Origin: Poseidonia sp.
GTDB taxonomy: Archaea > Thermoplasmatota > Poseidoniia > Poseidoniales > Poseidoniaceae
NCBI GenBank assembly: GCA_016778305.1
Contig: JADHPT010000001.1
Location: 64,320 to 128,319, forward strand
DNA: 64,000 nt
Direction: 5' to 3'
The position numbers and the translations under genes are program-made. Of the stretch, positions 31,758-41,586 are shown one piece after another; positions within the stretch are counted from its first letter, which is position 1, and each line of letters opens with the position of its first letter. The notes beneath the pieces were generated by a model, which did not search any database, was not told where the DNA came from, and was given only the letters and a program-made list of their open reading frames with translations.

Positions 31758-33233
31758 TCATCCCTTGATGACAGCAAGCGGGTTCATTTTGGCCACCGGT
31801 CGAGCAAGACCAGCCTGAGCAGTCAGTCGAATCACGTCATCAACGTCTTTGTAGGCACTTGGTGCCTCTTCTGAAAGGACATTGGGCGTTGATGCATGTA
31901 TTCGTATGCCGCTGGCCTCCAATTCCCGTTTGAGTGCTTTACCATCGATTGTCTTCTTGGCCTGTGCCCTTGAGAGGGCTCGTCCTGCTCCATGACATGA
32001 GGATCCGAAAGCTTGGTTTGGTCCTTGGTTCGGACCTGCCATAATCCAGGACCCGTTGCCCATATCTCCGGGAACAATCACAGGTTGTCCACTGGTAGTA
32101 AATCTCGATGCGAGTTCTTGATGCCCCGCGTCAAATGCTCTTGTTGCACCTTTTCTATGGACAACACAATTGCATTGACGCCCGTGTACGTTGTGGGTTT
32201 CAATCTTGGCAATATTATGGGCAACGTCGTAGAGTGTTGTTGCTTCTCCATCAACTCCCATTTCCAGTCTGAGCACGGTTCGTAGTCGGTGAGCGAGAAC
32301 ACTTCGGTTGGCAAATGCAAAGTTCGCTGCAGCATTCATTGAATCGAGGTAAGCCATACCTTCTCGCGAATGTATGGGGGCTGCGGCGAGTTGGCGGTCT
32401 GGTAATTCATAGCCCCACTGCTCATTTACCCAGCGATCTCCATCTTTGGCATAGGATGCTTCGAGTTGCCGCACGTGGTCCGTGCAAACTTGGTGCCCGA
32501 GTCCTCTGCTTCCTGAGTGAATCATGGCAACAACTTGATCTTCAAACAGACCCCATTGTTTTGCAGTTGCTTCATCCACCACGTCACTGACCGTTTGAAG
32601 TTCAAGGAAGTGGTTGCCGCTGCCTAAGGTGCCAAGGGACTTCATCCCTCGCTCCATCGCTCGCTTTGAGATCGCAGCCTCTTCAGTTTCAAGCCGCCCT
32701 CTTGATTCAATGGTTGCGAGGTCGTCATGCTGACCATAGCCAAGATCGACGGTAGCCTCCGCACCATGGTGCAAAATTTCTTGTAAATTTGAGGCAGTGA
32801 TGTCCACACCGCCTTTACCTGAACCCCCGGCAGGAACTCGTCCTGCGATCCGTCCCGCTAATTTACGAAGATTCGGGATGTCGTCCTTTGTTGCTTCAAG
32901 AGCGAGGAATCGTACACCACAGTTGATGTCAAAACCAACACCGCCAGGCGATATTGCACCGCCTAATTCACCAGCATCAACATCCGTTGCGACAACACCT
33001 CCAATCGGAAATCCGTACCCGTAGTGCCAGTCAGCCATCGCCCAGGCTTCTCCAACGATACCCGGGAGCGAAGCAGTGTTCACCAATTGCTCTGGCCCAC
33101 GATCGTCTGCGTGCTGTTGCATGTGTTGGGCATCGGTAACCATTCTGGCATCGACTTTCATCATGCCGTGGGCTTTGATCCGCATCGTCCCGTCGCCTTC
33201 ATCGACGAGATGTTCCCGCCATGTTGGAGGCAT
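31758..33233 (-). CDS. rtcB: RNA ligase RtcB (tRNA-splicing ligase)
   Basis: DWHYGYGFPIGGV, GFDINCGVR, GSGNHFLE, HSGSRGLGH, HRKGAT, SSCHGAGR, EEAPSAYKDV. Confidence 0.97.
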   Translation of the reverse strand: MPPTWREHLVDEGDGTMRIKAHGMMKVDARMVTDAQHMQQHADDRGPEQLVNTASLPGIVGEAWAMADWHYGYGFPIGGVVATDVDAGELGGAISPGGVGFDINCGVRFLALEATKDDIPNLRKLAGRIAGRVPAGGSGKGGVDITASNLQEILHHGAEATVDLGYGQHDDLATIESRGRLETEEAAISKRAMERGMKSLGTLGSGNHFLELQTVSDVVDEATAKQWGLFEDQVVAMIHSGSRGLGHQVCTDHVRQLEASYAKDGDRWVNEQWGYELPDRQLAAAPIHSREGMAYLDSMNAAANFAFANRSVLAHRLRTVLRLEMGVDGEATTLYDVAHNIAKIETHNVHGRQCNCVVHRKGATRAFDAGHQELASRFTTSGQPVIVPGDMGNGSWIMAGPNQGPNQAFGSSCHGAGRALSRAQAKKTIDGKALKRELEASGIRIHASTPNVLSEEAPSAYKDVDDVIRLTAQAGLARPVAKMNPLAVIKG

Positions 33234-33359
33234 GGTCGTTCCTGTATTCGGCTGGCTTTGAGGCTTTTCACAAAGTGGTTCAGATGGAGTAGAGTCAACA
33301 CAGGCTTGAAGGGGGGGTTCGTTGTGGACGAAGCATCCACACTGGAGGGATGAAGTTTC

Positions 33360-36209
33360 ATGGCATTACCACCCATTGATTTGGCGGTGTTCCATGCAAA
33401 TGGCTTTGTTCGCAAACAATGCAGCGTTACTGAACTTTGGTTTTGGACTTGTGATGAATCACGTGAGACCTGTGGAGACACCGCACAAGATGAATACACC
33501 TTCATTGGAGCTCCGCTTATCGATGGCTTTGAACAGCGAGGCAAAGCCCTCAAAGATGCCATGAGGGAAGCCTTTCTCCAATTCTTTGAGCATGCAGGAC
33601 ATCATCGTGTTGAACCTTATCCAGTCCTCGCACGTTGGAGAGATGATATCCATCTGACGATTGCATCGATTGCAGACTTCCAACCTCACGTGACCTCAGG
33701 CATGGTCGACCCGCCAGCAAATCCTCTCACCATCTCTCAACCCTGCATACGTCTGACCGATGTAGACGCCGTTGGACGCTCAGGCCGCCACTTGACAACG
33801 TTCGAAATGATGGCTCACCATGTGTTCAATCGACCGGATGATGGTGAGGTTATCTACTGGATGGAAGAATGTGTTGAACAATGCCATACCATGCTTACCA
33901 AGACTTTTGGTATCGACGCCAATGAGATCACTTATGTCGAAAATCCATGGTGCGGCGGTGGGAATGCAGGAGCTGCGGTGGAAGTGATTGTTGGGGGGCT
34001 TGAACTCGCCACTCTGGTCTTCATGGATATGGAGGAGCATCCCGAAGGGGATGTTGAACTCAAAGGCGATCGCTACCAAAAAATGGCCTTGCAGATTATT
34101 GATACCGGATACGGACTGGAGCGTTTTTGTTGGGCTGCTGCAGGGACACCGACCATCTACGAAGCAATCTATCCAGAAACAGTGGCTTGGCTCAAAGAAC
34201 TCTCGGGCTTTGAAACGGTATCAAACCAATGGCCTTCTCTCGACTTGGAGCGATTGTTGGGGGAAATGAGTCGGCTTAACGGTATCATGAATATCGAAGC
34301 CGGAGTGGACGGCGACGAACTCGTTTCTATCTTCCTTACACGCCTCAAGCAACGAGGTATCGAGATTACCGCAGAACAATTCTCAGGAATTACGTCTCCT
34401 CTCGCTAACATTTACGCCATTCCCGACCACCTTCACGCACTGTGCAATATGCTTGGTGACGGGCTTGTTCCTTCCAATGCAAAAGCGGGATACCTCGCTC
34501 GAATGCTGGCTCGACGTGTGCTGCGCATGCGAGATGAACTCAAACTTGATGTCACACTGAAAGATCTTGCTCAACATCATTTAGACGTCAATTTGGACGG
34601 CCATCTCAATAAGCAACATAGGGAAGGACTTCTCATCATTTTAGGTTTGGAAGAAGAGCGCTATGCAGAAATGTTGAGGAAAGGTAAGAATGTAATCAAT
34701 ACTCAATTCAAGGACGTTGACCAGAATGCAACTGACATTCCTGATGGGATTCTCTTCACCCTCAATGATTCGCACGGCCTTGCCCCGGATATTGTTGTCA
34801 ACCTTGCTCGTGATGCGGGATGGAAGAGCGTCACTCTGCGTACTGGATTCAACGCTGAAATGGCCGAACGACATGCGAAATTAGCAAAGGATGCTGCTAA
34901 CTCCACTGAATCAACGACCACATCCTTGGATGTTTCCGCCTATCCTGCAACGACGGCCTCATATTATGATGACGTGTATGCGACAACATTTGAGGCCTCT
35001 GTACTTGATTGCAAGGAAGTCAACGAGCGTGAAGGACCCAAAGGTGCTTCACATGTCATTGTACTCAACACGTCACACTTCTACCCTGAAGGTGGTGGAC
35101 AGGAAGGTGACCACGGTGTACTCGTACAGGGTACGACCACCGTACGGGTGATTGATACTCAATCCTCGGGAGGTGTCATTCTCCATTACACGGATGGATT
35201 GCTCACCACTGGCAAATCTGTAGCAGGTGAAATCGATTGGATTCGTCGGAAACAATTGATGGATCACCACACTGCAGTCCATATCGTAGGTGGCGCAGCC
35301 CGTCATTTACTTGGCCCGCATATCTTCCAAGCAGGTTCGCATCTCTCCGTCGATAGCGGCCGACTTGACATTACGCATTATCACCGCTTAGGTCGGGAAG
35401 ACCTTGATGCAATTGAAACCATGTCAAACATGATTCTCGCCCAAGTCCGTACAACGGAAAAATCGGAACTCAACCGAAAGGATGCGGACCTTGAGCATGG
35501 ATTTGACCTCTATCAAGGCGGTGCTCCAAAAGGAGACTCGATCCGTATATTGAAAATTGCAGACCATGACACTCAGGCATGTGGTGGTACTCATCACGAC
35601 GAACCGGGTCAAATTGGTTCCATCCGTCTGGTTCGGTCCACTGCCGTACAAGATGGTGTTGAGCGCCTGCATATTGTTGCAGGTCATGCAGCATTGACCT
35701 ATGCTCGCACACAAGATGAACTCGTAAGGTCCACGAGTGAGGTTTTCGGAATTCATGCTGCGGACTTACCCAAAACAGCAGAACGCTTCTTTTCAGAATG
35801 GAAAGACCAGCGCAAACAAATTGAACACCTTGAAGCGGAAATCGTTCGCCTACGAACCAGTGGAGGGGGCAATGATACTGCTGAGATTGACGGGGTTCGA
35901 ATCGTTATCATGGAAGTTGACGGCGACCTGAAAGCTATGACGAAGATGCTGAAAGAACTTACTCTTGATGCTAACAATCCCACCCTAGCAGTCCTGGGTT
36001 CAAAGGACGGTGGCGGGAAATTAATGGTGGCAGTAACAGAAGGTTCTGCCGCAAGTGAACGATACAACGCTGTTGACATGCTCCGATTGATTTCACCTCA
36101 CATCAAAGGAGGTGGAGGTGGACGCCCTACACTCGCACAGGGTGGTGGTTCTCATCCAGAAGGCCTCGGTGATGCACTTGCAGCTGCCAAAGACCATCTC
36201 GGTCTTTGA
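33360..36209 (+). CDS. alaS: Alanine--tRNA ligase (archaeal type)
   Basis: ARWRDD..LTIASIADFQP, GRHLTTFEMM, DTGYGLER, editing motifs HHTAVH and CGGTH, C-Ala GGGGGRP..AQGGG. Confidence 0.98.
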   Translation: MALPPIDLAVFHANGFVRKQCSVTELWFWTCDESRETCGDTAQDEYTFIGAPLIDGFEQRGKALKDAMREAFLQFFEHAGHHRVEPYPVLARWRDDIHLTIASIADFQPHVTSGMVDPPANPLTISQPCIRLTDVDAVGRSGRHLTTFEMMAHHVFNRPDDGEVIYWMEECVEQCHTMLTKTFGIDANEITYVENPWCGGGNAGAAVEVIVGGLELATLVFMDMEEHPEGDVELKGDRYQKMALQIIDTGYGLERFCWAAAGTPTIYEAIYPETVAWLKELSGFETVSNQWPSLDLERLLGEMSRLNGIMNIEAGVDGDELVSIFLTRLKQRGIEITAEQFSGITSPLANIYAIPDHLHALCNMLGDGLVPSNAKAGYLARMLARRVLRMRDELKLDVTLKDLAQHHLDVNLDGHLNKQHREGLLIILGLEEERYAEMLRKGKNVINTQFKDVDQNATDIPDGILFTLNDSHGLAPDIVVNLARDAGWKSVTLRTGFNAEMAERHAKLAKDAANSTESTTTSLDVSAYPATTASYYDDVYATTFEASVLDCKEVNEREGPKGASHVIVLNTSHFYPEGGGQEGDHGVLVQGTTTVRVIDTQSSGGVILHYTDGLLTTGKSVAGEIDWIRRKQLMDHHTAVHIVGGAARHLLGPHIFQAGSHLSVDSGRLDITHYHRLGREDLDAIETMSNMILAQVRTTEKSELNRKDADLEHGFDLYQGGAPKGDSIRILKIADHDTQACGGTHHDEPGQIGSIRLVRSTAVQDGVERLHIVAGHAALTYARTQDELVRSTSEVFGIHAADLPKTAERFFSEWKDQRKQIEHLEAEIVRLRTSGGGNDTAEIDGVRIVIMEVDGDLKAMTKMLKELTLDANNPTLAVLGSKDGGGKLMVAVTEGSAASERYNAVDMLRLISPHIKGGGGGRPTLAQGGGSHPEGLGDALAAAKDHLGL

Positions 36210-36215
36210 ACATCG

Positions 36216-36938
36216 TTAACGATTGAGGCTGCGTAATGCTTCTCTATCGAAATGTGACACGGCTTGTTCGAGGGCATCTTGAGGTGAAAACCAAGCGGCT
36301 GCGGCGATTTCCTCGGTTTGCAATGTCAATTCATCAAGCGACCCGTTCCATGTCGAACGGTAGGTGAACGATACGAAGGATATTCCTTCATCATTGAAGA
36401 TGTTTTGAGTGATGACGGGTTCTTGGTCAGTGAGTACGATCTCGAGTCCGAGTTCTTCCAGAGTCTCACGAACACAACCTATTGCAGGGTGTTCATCGTG
36501 ATCCATGTACCCTCCTGGTAGAGTCCAAAACCCTCTAAAATGCCCTCGTTCAACCTGTGCCATGAGTACATCTCCATCGTTATTTTGAACCATGACCTTG
36601 GATACCAAGCGATGTATGGAGCGGTAAATTGCCTCCCTTGTCACTGGATGAACACGGTTGTCAGAAATGCAATCATCCTTCCATGCCCATTGTTTAGGCC
36701 AACCAATATTGGGATAACCTTTCACGACCTGTATTTCTTCTTGACCAAAGCGTATGGTTGTCAAACCCTTTCGCTCATACTCCATTCCCAAATTCACTAT
36801 TTCCCCATGTGTCGGAAAGCGAAGTGAGCCCCCATGGCTCATCCGTCCTTTCTCTGGCATCATGGGGCCTTTACCGGATTCATCAACAAGAAGGACCTTC
36901 CCGTCATGTTCGAGATAAATGACTTCCTTGGGATGCAT
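36216..36938 (-). CDS. Nudix hydrolase
   Basis: WTLPGGYMDHDEHPAIGCVRETLEELGL Nudix box. Confidence 0.9.
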   Translation of the reverse strand: MHPKEVIYLEHDGKVLLVDESGKGPMMPEKGRMSHGGSLRFPTHGEIVNLGMEYERKGLTTIRFGQEEIQVVKGYPNIGWPKQWAWKDDCISDNRVHPVTREAIYRSIHRLVSKVMVQNNDGDVLMAQVERGHFRGFWTLPGGYMDHDEHPAIGCVRETLEELGLEIVLTDQEPVITQNIFNDEGISFVSFTYRSTWNGSLDELTLQTEEIAAAAWFSPQDALEQAVSHFDREALRSLNR

Positions 36939-36987
36939 GGTAGGTCCACGTCCTCAACTGTCAAGAAGGCTCGTACGGTTGGGCATT

Positions 36988-38223
36988 CTACTCATCTTCT
37001 TGTTCAAGAATGGACGGTAGGCGGAGATCTTCCGCAACCCTTTGTGGTTCAACCAGTGATTTTGTTTGATTGACATGGATGCCCAGTTCCTCCAATTTCT
37101 TACCTTGCGGGAGAACATTTCGATCCCAAGATCCAACTGCTTTGTTGTAGTATTCAGTTGCCTTGTCCAAACGTTTCCCGACTTCAGCAAAGTGTGAACT
37201 CCATGTTGCCATTCGCTTGTAGAATTCTTGTGATACGCCCACCACCTGTGCGGCTTCTTCTGCGAAACGCACTTGTTGCCAATACAGTGCTGCAGTTTTG
37301 AGCAAGGCAATCATTGAAGCAGGCCCTGATATGATGACGCCTCTATCCATGGCATCGGAGTGCATGGATGGGTCCATCTCAAAGGCAGATGAAATGAGGG
37401 CTTCTGAAGGTACAAACATCACCACGAATTCAGCGCGTCCGCTCACTCCTGAAAGGTAGTCCTTACGGGCAAGTTCAGTTACACGCCCGCGCATTGATTT
37501 TGCATGGAGTGCGAGTTTTGCTGCTCTTAATTCAGGGTCTTCTTGATCGAGTGATTCTAGGTAGTGTTTGGCTGTGGTTTTTGCATCGATAGGTATCGCA
37601 CCGTTGCCAGGCAGGTTTACAACAAAATCTGGACGGTTTCCATGTTCATCCCCTTGCTGTTCAAAGAAATCTGTGTTCTTTGTCATGCCAGCCATTTCAA
37701 GCAAATTTTTCAATGCCACTTCTCCCCAATCACCACGAACGCTCGAACTCTTTCTGAGTGCGGTTGAGAGTGCATTTGCCTCTTTACCCAATCGATGTGT
37801 ATTTTGTTCTAATAATTCCATGTGACGCTTCATTCCTTGGTAGGCATTCAAGCGTTCCTTTTCTAAATCTCTTGACATCTGATCCAGGCTCGAAAGTGAC
37901 TCAGTCATTGGTTTCATGAGGTCTTCCATCTCCTTCTTCCTTGCTTCATGATCTTTTTCTGCCGAGGTTGTTACACGTCCAAGACGTTCTTCGGCTAGCT
38001 GAAGAAAGGTTTCTGAGTTTTGTTGCGATACTCGATTGGCAACATTTTCCATTTGCGCCTCTAAGAGTTTAGATTTTTCTTCAAAAACTCGTTCACGTGC
38101 CGTTGCGTCCGCTTCCGCTAGGGCCATATTCATACCGAATCGGTTCTTCGCCAACAGCCATCCAAGGGCAGTTCCTAGGAGACAACCAATGACCAAAAAA
38201 CCGTATTCCACTATTCCCGCCAT
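36988..38223 (-). CDS. rmuC: RmuC-family DNA recombination protein (PD-(D/E)xK fold)
   Basis: N-terminal TM, coiled coil, RGDWGE..L..LLE.AG, RPDFVV.LP, IDAK, FVVMFVPSE; start 38223 or 38229. Confidence 0.92.
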   Translation of the reverse strand: MAGIVEYGFLVIGCLLGTALGWLLAKNRFGMNMALAEADATARERVFEEKSKLLEAQMENVANRVSQQNSETFLQLAEERLGRVTTSAEKDHEARKKEMEDLMKPMTESLSSLDQMSRDLEKERLNAYQGMKRHMELLEQNTHRLGKEANALSTALRKSSSVRGDWGEVALKNLLEMAGMTKNTDFFEQQGDEHGNRPDFVVNLPGNGAIPIDAKTTAKHYLESLDQEDPELRAAKLALHAKSMRGRVTELARKDYLSGVSGRAEFVVMFVPSEALISSAFEMDPSMHSDAMDRGVIISGPASMIALLKTAALYWQQVRFAEEAAQVVGVSQEFYKRMATWSSHFAEVGKRLDKATEYYNKAVGSWDRNVLPQGKKLEELGIHVNQTKSLVEPQRVAEDLRLPSILEQEDE

Positions 38224-38302
38224 GTCCATAGTATAGCGTCAACAGTATTTGATGAATGCTAAGGTCTCAAAGTTCAAAGCATACCGTGCGCCCCCATCCA
38301 CT

Positions 38303-39013
38303 ATGCGATTTGAGCAATTGAATGAAGGAGTCTGGGCTATGACCTACTTGATTGCCGATGAGGCCACCAACGAAGCGGCACTCGTTGACCCCGTCTATGA
38401 CTATCTTGACAGATATACCTCCCTTCTTGAATCAGAGGGATTAACACTTCGTTACGCCATCGCAAGCCACACACATGCAGACCACATTACAGCGTGCTTT
38501 TCCCTTCAACAACAGACGAATTGTGAATATGTGATGTCCACCGAAACCGCGAGCCTCGGGGTTACGCGATACGTTGAAGATGAAGAAAAAATCATGCTCG
38601 GTTCAATACCGATACAATTTCATTTCTCTCCCGGCCATACCAACGATTCGATGATTGTCCACGTGCCTGGCTACATGATGACTGGCGATTTCCTCTTCAA
38701 TGGTGAAGGCGGAGTAGGGAGAGACGACCTGCCAAGTGGTCGCACTCACATCCATTGGGATGCACTTTCAGTGCTTGAGAGATTTCAAGGATCCACCATC
38801 GTTTGCTCGGGTCATGAACCCCCCGGCACAGAAATGAAAAGTCTGGATTGGAATCGTGACCACAATCCAATTCTATCCATGGATTCCTTTGAGGAATTCG
38901 ATGCATGGCAGCGGGCGAGCGCAGAAAAACTCGGCGGTGTTTCAAAAATTAAAGTTGCAGTACCTGCGAATATATTCGCTGAATTACCCGAAGTCATCCC
39001 TTGGCTGCAGTAA
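38303..39013 (+). CDS. MBL-fold metallo-hydrolase, persulfide dioxygenase (ETHE1/PDO)-like
   Basis: TYLI.D...EAALVDPV, SHTHADH, SPGHT, TGDFLF..GVGR.D, GHE, NP and C-terminal VAVPAN. Confidence 0.8.
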   Translation: MRFEQLNEGVWAMTYLIADEATNEAALVDPVYDYLDRYTSLLESEGLTLRYAIASHTHADHITACFSLQQQTNCEYVMSTETASLGVTRYVEDEEKIMLGSIPIQFHFSPGHTNDSMIVHVPGYMMTGDFLFNGEGGVGRDDLPSGRTHIHWDALSVLERFQGSTIVCSGHEPPGTEMKSLDWNRDHNPILSMDSFEEFDAWQRASAEKLGGVSKIKVAVPANIFAELPEVIPWLQ

Positions 39014-40180
39014 TCACTTTCGCAACGGATTTGCCGGTGCATCGGTGTCAACCGGTACGGAAGGTAAGTTTTGTAAATCCTCGAATGACAATTGCGTGGT
39101 GTTGACCATATCAAATCTTGAAAGTCGCTCTTCCATCTCCATTCGAACGTTGAAATCAATCCGACCCTTTGTCCTTGTGAGGTCATAGGATAGAGGTCCC
39201 ATCGACCCAACTACTTGGGCTTCAAACTCTTGTCGAACACGTTCTCCACGCCACGAAGAGTACCCCCAGCGGTACGAGATTCCAACGATGGCAGCGCCAT
39301 AGAGAAGCGTTAGTACAACCGTGGCGAACAGAATCGGATTGCCTCCTACATCTCTTGACTCCTCGAGGAGATTTCGCCCAAGAAGGAACAAAAGCCCGAT
39401 GCCAACGATTGGATTGAGTACTCCCTCTAGCCATTGATTAACTGGAACAAGCCTTCCCTTTGCTGGGTCAACAAAGACCAAATCGGCTTCAAAGGCTGTG
39501 TTGAGGACAGAAAGAATTGATAGCAGGACCATGTAAAGAATGGAGGAAACAATAAATTCGATGGTCCAAGATTCCAAACTCAGCAACCAATGGACAATCA
39601 ACCATGCAAAAAGGCCAAGGAAAGCTGCTTGAGGCACGTAGTTGAAGTGTTCAATGTGCTGTGAAAATTCGGTTAATGATTTTCTATTCTCGCGTGTCCC
39701 TCGATGCGGTTTCGGTATGTGTATCACCTGCCAATGCATCAAGCGTTCAATGGTCTGTAAAATCCATATGAGCAGTCCTTTCCGAATCAGGACATATTCC
39801 ATCAAGAGCATGAATGGGAATCCAATGAGAATCAGAGGTAGCGCCATGATTGCAGAAAGCGGAAGAATCAGCAAGGCTGGCAATAAGAGAAAATGTGAGA
39901 TGGTCAAGGGGTGAAGTAATTCAGCCTCGATCAATCGCTGTTTTGCAGGAGATATTCTCAGGTTTCTCGCTATGTCATCAAGGGTTTGTGAAAACGAGGA
40001 AACTTGGTGACCTGAATCCACAATTTGGCGCACAACCGTCCGATATTCCGACACCTCGTGGCCGATACCAACCCATAACTGCCAGGCTAACCGCATGGGA
40101 AGCGCTAAAATGAGTGGAAGTGCGAGGATTCCAGCACCCCACAACAACTCTTGGACCTCGCTTGCCATGGTCATCTCCAT
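39014..40180 (-). CDS. Hypothetical multi-pass membrane protein
   Basis: About 7 hydrophobic helices; start uncertain (40180/40174/40168). Confidence 0.7.
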   Translation of the reverse strand: MEMTMASEVQELLWGAGILALPLILALPMRLAWQLWVGIGHEVSEYRTVVRQIVDSGHQVSSFSQTLDDIARNLRISPAKQRLIEAELLHPLTISHFLLLPALLILPLSAIMALPLILIGFPFMLLMEYVLIRKGLLIWILQTIERLMHWQVIHIPKPHRGTRENRKSLTEFSQHIEHFNYVPQAAFLGLFAWLIVHWLLSLESWTIEFIVSSILYMVLLSILSVLNTAFEADLVFVDPAKGRLVPVNQWLEGVLNPIVGIGLLFLLGRNLLEESRDVGGNPILFATVVLTLLYGAAIVGISYRWGYSSWRGERVRQEFEAQVVGSMGPLSYDLTRTKGRIDFNVRMEMEERLSRFDMVNTTQLSFEDLQNLPSVPVDTDAPANPLRK

Positions 40181-40268
40181 GTCGGCCAAAGGGTGGGGGT
40201 TGTTGAAAAGCACGGTTCAACTTCACGCTAAGCGAATGTTCTAACACCCTCTTTGACTGAGCGGCTGC

Positions 40269-41252
40269 ATGGCGAAGATTGCAGTCACGGATGGCATGGA
40301 CAAAAAGGCCGTACTTTGGCTCGAGAAAGCCGGACATGAGGTCATCAATTCACCTATTACTCCTGATGAATTACTCCATGATGGTCTCCATGGTTTCGAC
40401 GCAATTATTGTTCGCAGTGCGACGAAACTAACCCGCGAGGTCATCGATGCAGCAGGTGAGAGTCTTCGTGCCATAGGCCGTGCAGGGGTGGGTGTTGACA
40501 ACATCGATTTAGAAGCCGCGGGAACCAAAGGTATTGCAGTGGTAAATGCACCGATAGCGAGCACGCAATCCGTTGTTGAATTAACACTCGGACACCTTCT
40601 CGCATCCATTCGTCATCTCCCACGCGCAGATCGTTCACTCCGAGAGGGTCGTTGGGCTAAAAAGGAAATGAAGGGATCAGAACTTTCCGGTAAAGTTCTG
40701 GGTCTTATCGGCTTTGGAAGAATCGCTCAATCTGTGGGCAGAATTGCTCAAACCATCGGAATGGAAGTACACGCTTACGATCCATATTTGCCACCCAAAA
40801 TTGCTAAATCTCAGGGCACACGGTTGCATAGATCAATCGATGCACTCTTTTCAAACTGCACCCACATCTCCATTCACTGCAATCTCACGGATGAAACAAG
40901 GCATCTCGTAAATGCTGATCGGATTCGTTCCATGCCCCAAATTGGTCTCGACGGCGCCCCTTGCGGCAATCACATCATCAATTGTGCACGAGGAGGTATC
41001 GTTGATGAGGAAGCGGTTCTCGAAGCCCTTGAATCTGGATCATTGACTTCCGCTGCTCTTGATGTGTTTGAAATTGAGCCGGTTGACCCCGCTCACCCAC
41101 TTCTTCAGATGGAACATTTTCACGGCACTCCCCACATCGGGGCATCAACCGTTGAAGCCCAAGCACGAGTAGGCCTCGACATTGCAAAAAATGTGGACGC
41201 AATATTGAATAAAAAAGCGTGTGAATTTATTGTGAATCAACAGTATTTGTGA
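40269..41252 (+). CDS. serA: D-3-phosphoglycerate dehydrogenase-like D-2-hydroxyacid dehydrogenase (no ACT domain)
   Basis: IVRSATK, IGRAGVGVDNID, GLIGFGRI, INCARGGIVDE, ALDVFE.EP, TPHIGASTVEAQ. Confidence 0.85.
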   Translation: MAKIAVTDGMDKKAVLWLEKAGHEVINSPITPDELLHDGLHGFDAIIVRSATKLTREVIDAAGESLRAIGRAGVGVDNIDLEAAGTKGIAVVNAPIASTQSVVELTLGHLLASIRHLPRADRSLREGRWAKKEMKGSELSGKVLGLIGFGRIAQSVGRIAQTIGMEVHAYDPYLPPKIAKSQGTRLHRSIDALFSNCTHISIHCNLTDETRHLVNADRIRSMPQIGLDGAPCGNHIINCARGGIVDEEAVLEALESGSLTSAALDVFEIEPVDPAHPLLQMEHFHGTPHIGASTVEAQARVGLDIAKNVDAILNKKACEFIVNQQYL

Positions 41253-41316
41253 TACTTTCAGTTTCACAAAACGGGTCAAGCGAAAGCATCTCGTCCTCCC
41301 GTTGGACAAGTAGCGT

Positions 41317-41586
41317 ATGGGTCGAAGTGTGCCACCATGGCGAACGAGAGCAGATGCTGAATTGAACGCCTTAATGCCCTTTCATCGGGCGCTTCCATCC
41401 AATGAACGGCTTCTGCTTGATCAGTTGGTCAATGACGTTCGCCAACGAAGATCTGCAGGTGGGATGCTGCCCGCACACAATACATGGCAACCGGTTGTTC
41501 TCAGCATGCTTATTGGAGTGATGAAGCGCCTTGAGGACCTATCCAATCGGATTGCTGCACTGGAAGAGATGACGAATGACGATTGA
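41317..41586 (+). CDS. Small PolB2-associated protein (arCOG07300-like)
   Basis: MGRSVPPWR...FHRAL..ERLLLDQL N-terminus, helical, overlaps the start of polB2. Family recognised from recall, not from a search. Confidence 0.7.
   Translation: MGRSVPPWRTRADAELNALMPFHRALPSNERLLLDQLVNDVRQRRSAGGMLPAHNTWQPVVLSMLIGVMKRLEDLSNRIAALEEMTNDD

Noticed and set aside
31758-33233. Intein in RtcB (also considered: introns in 23S and the tRNAs)
   Set aside because: Lengths are normal and there are no splicing motifs or insertions.
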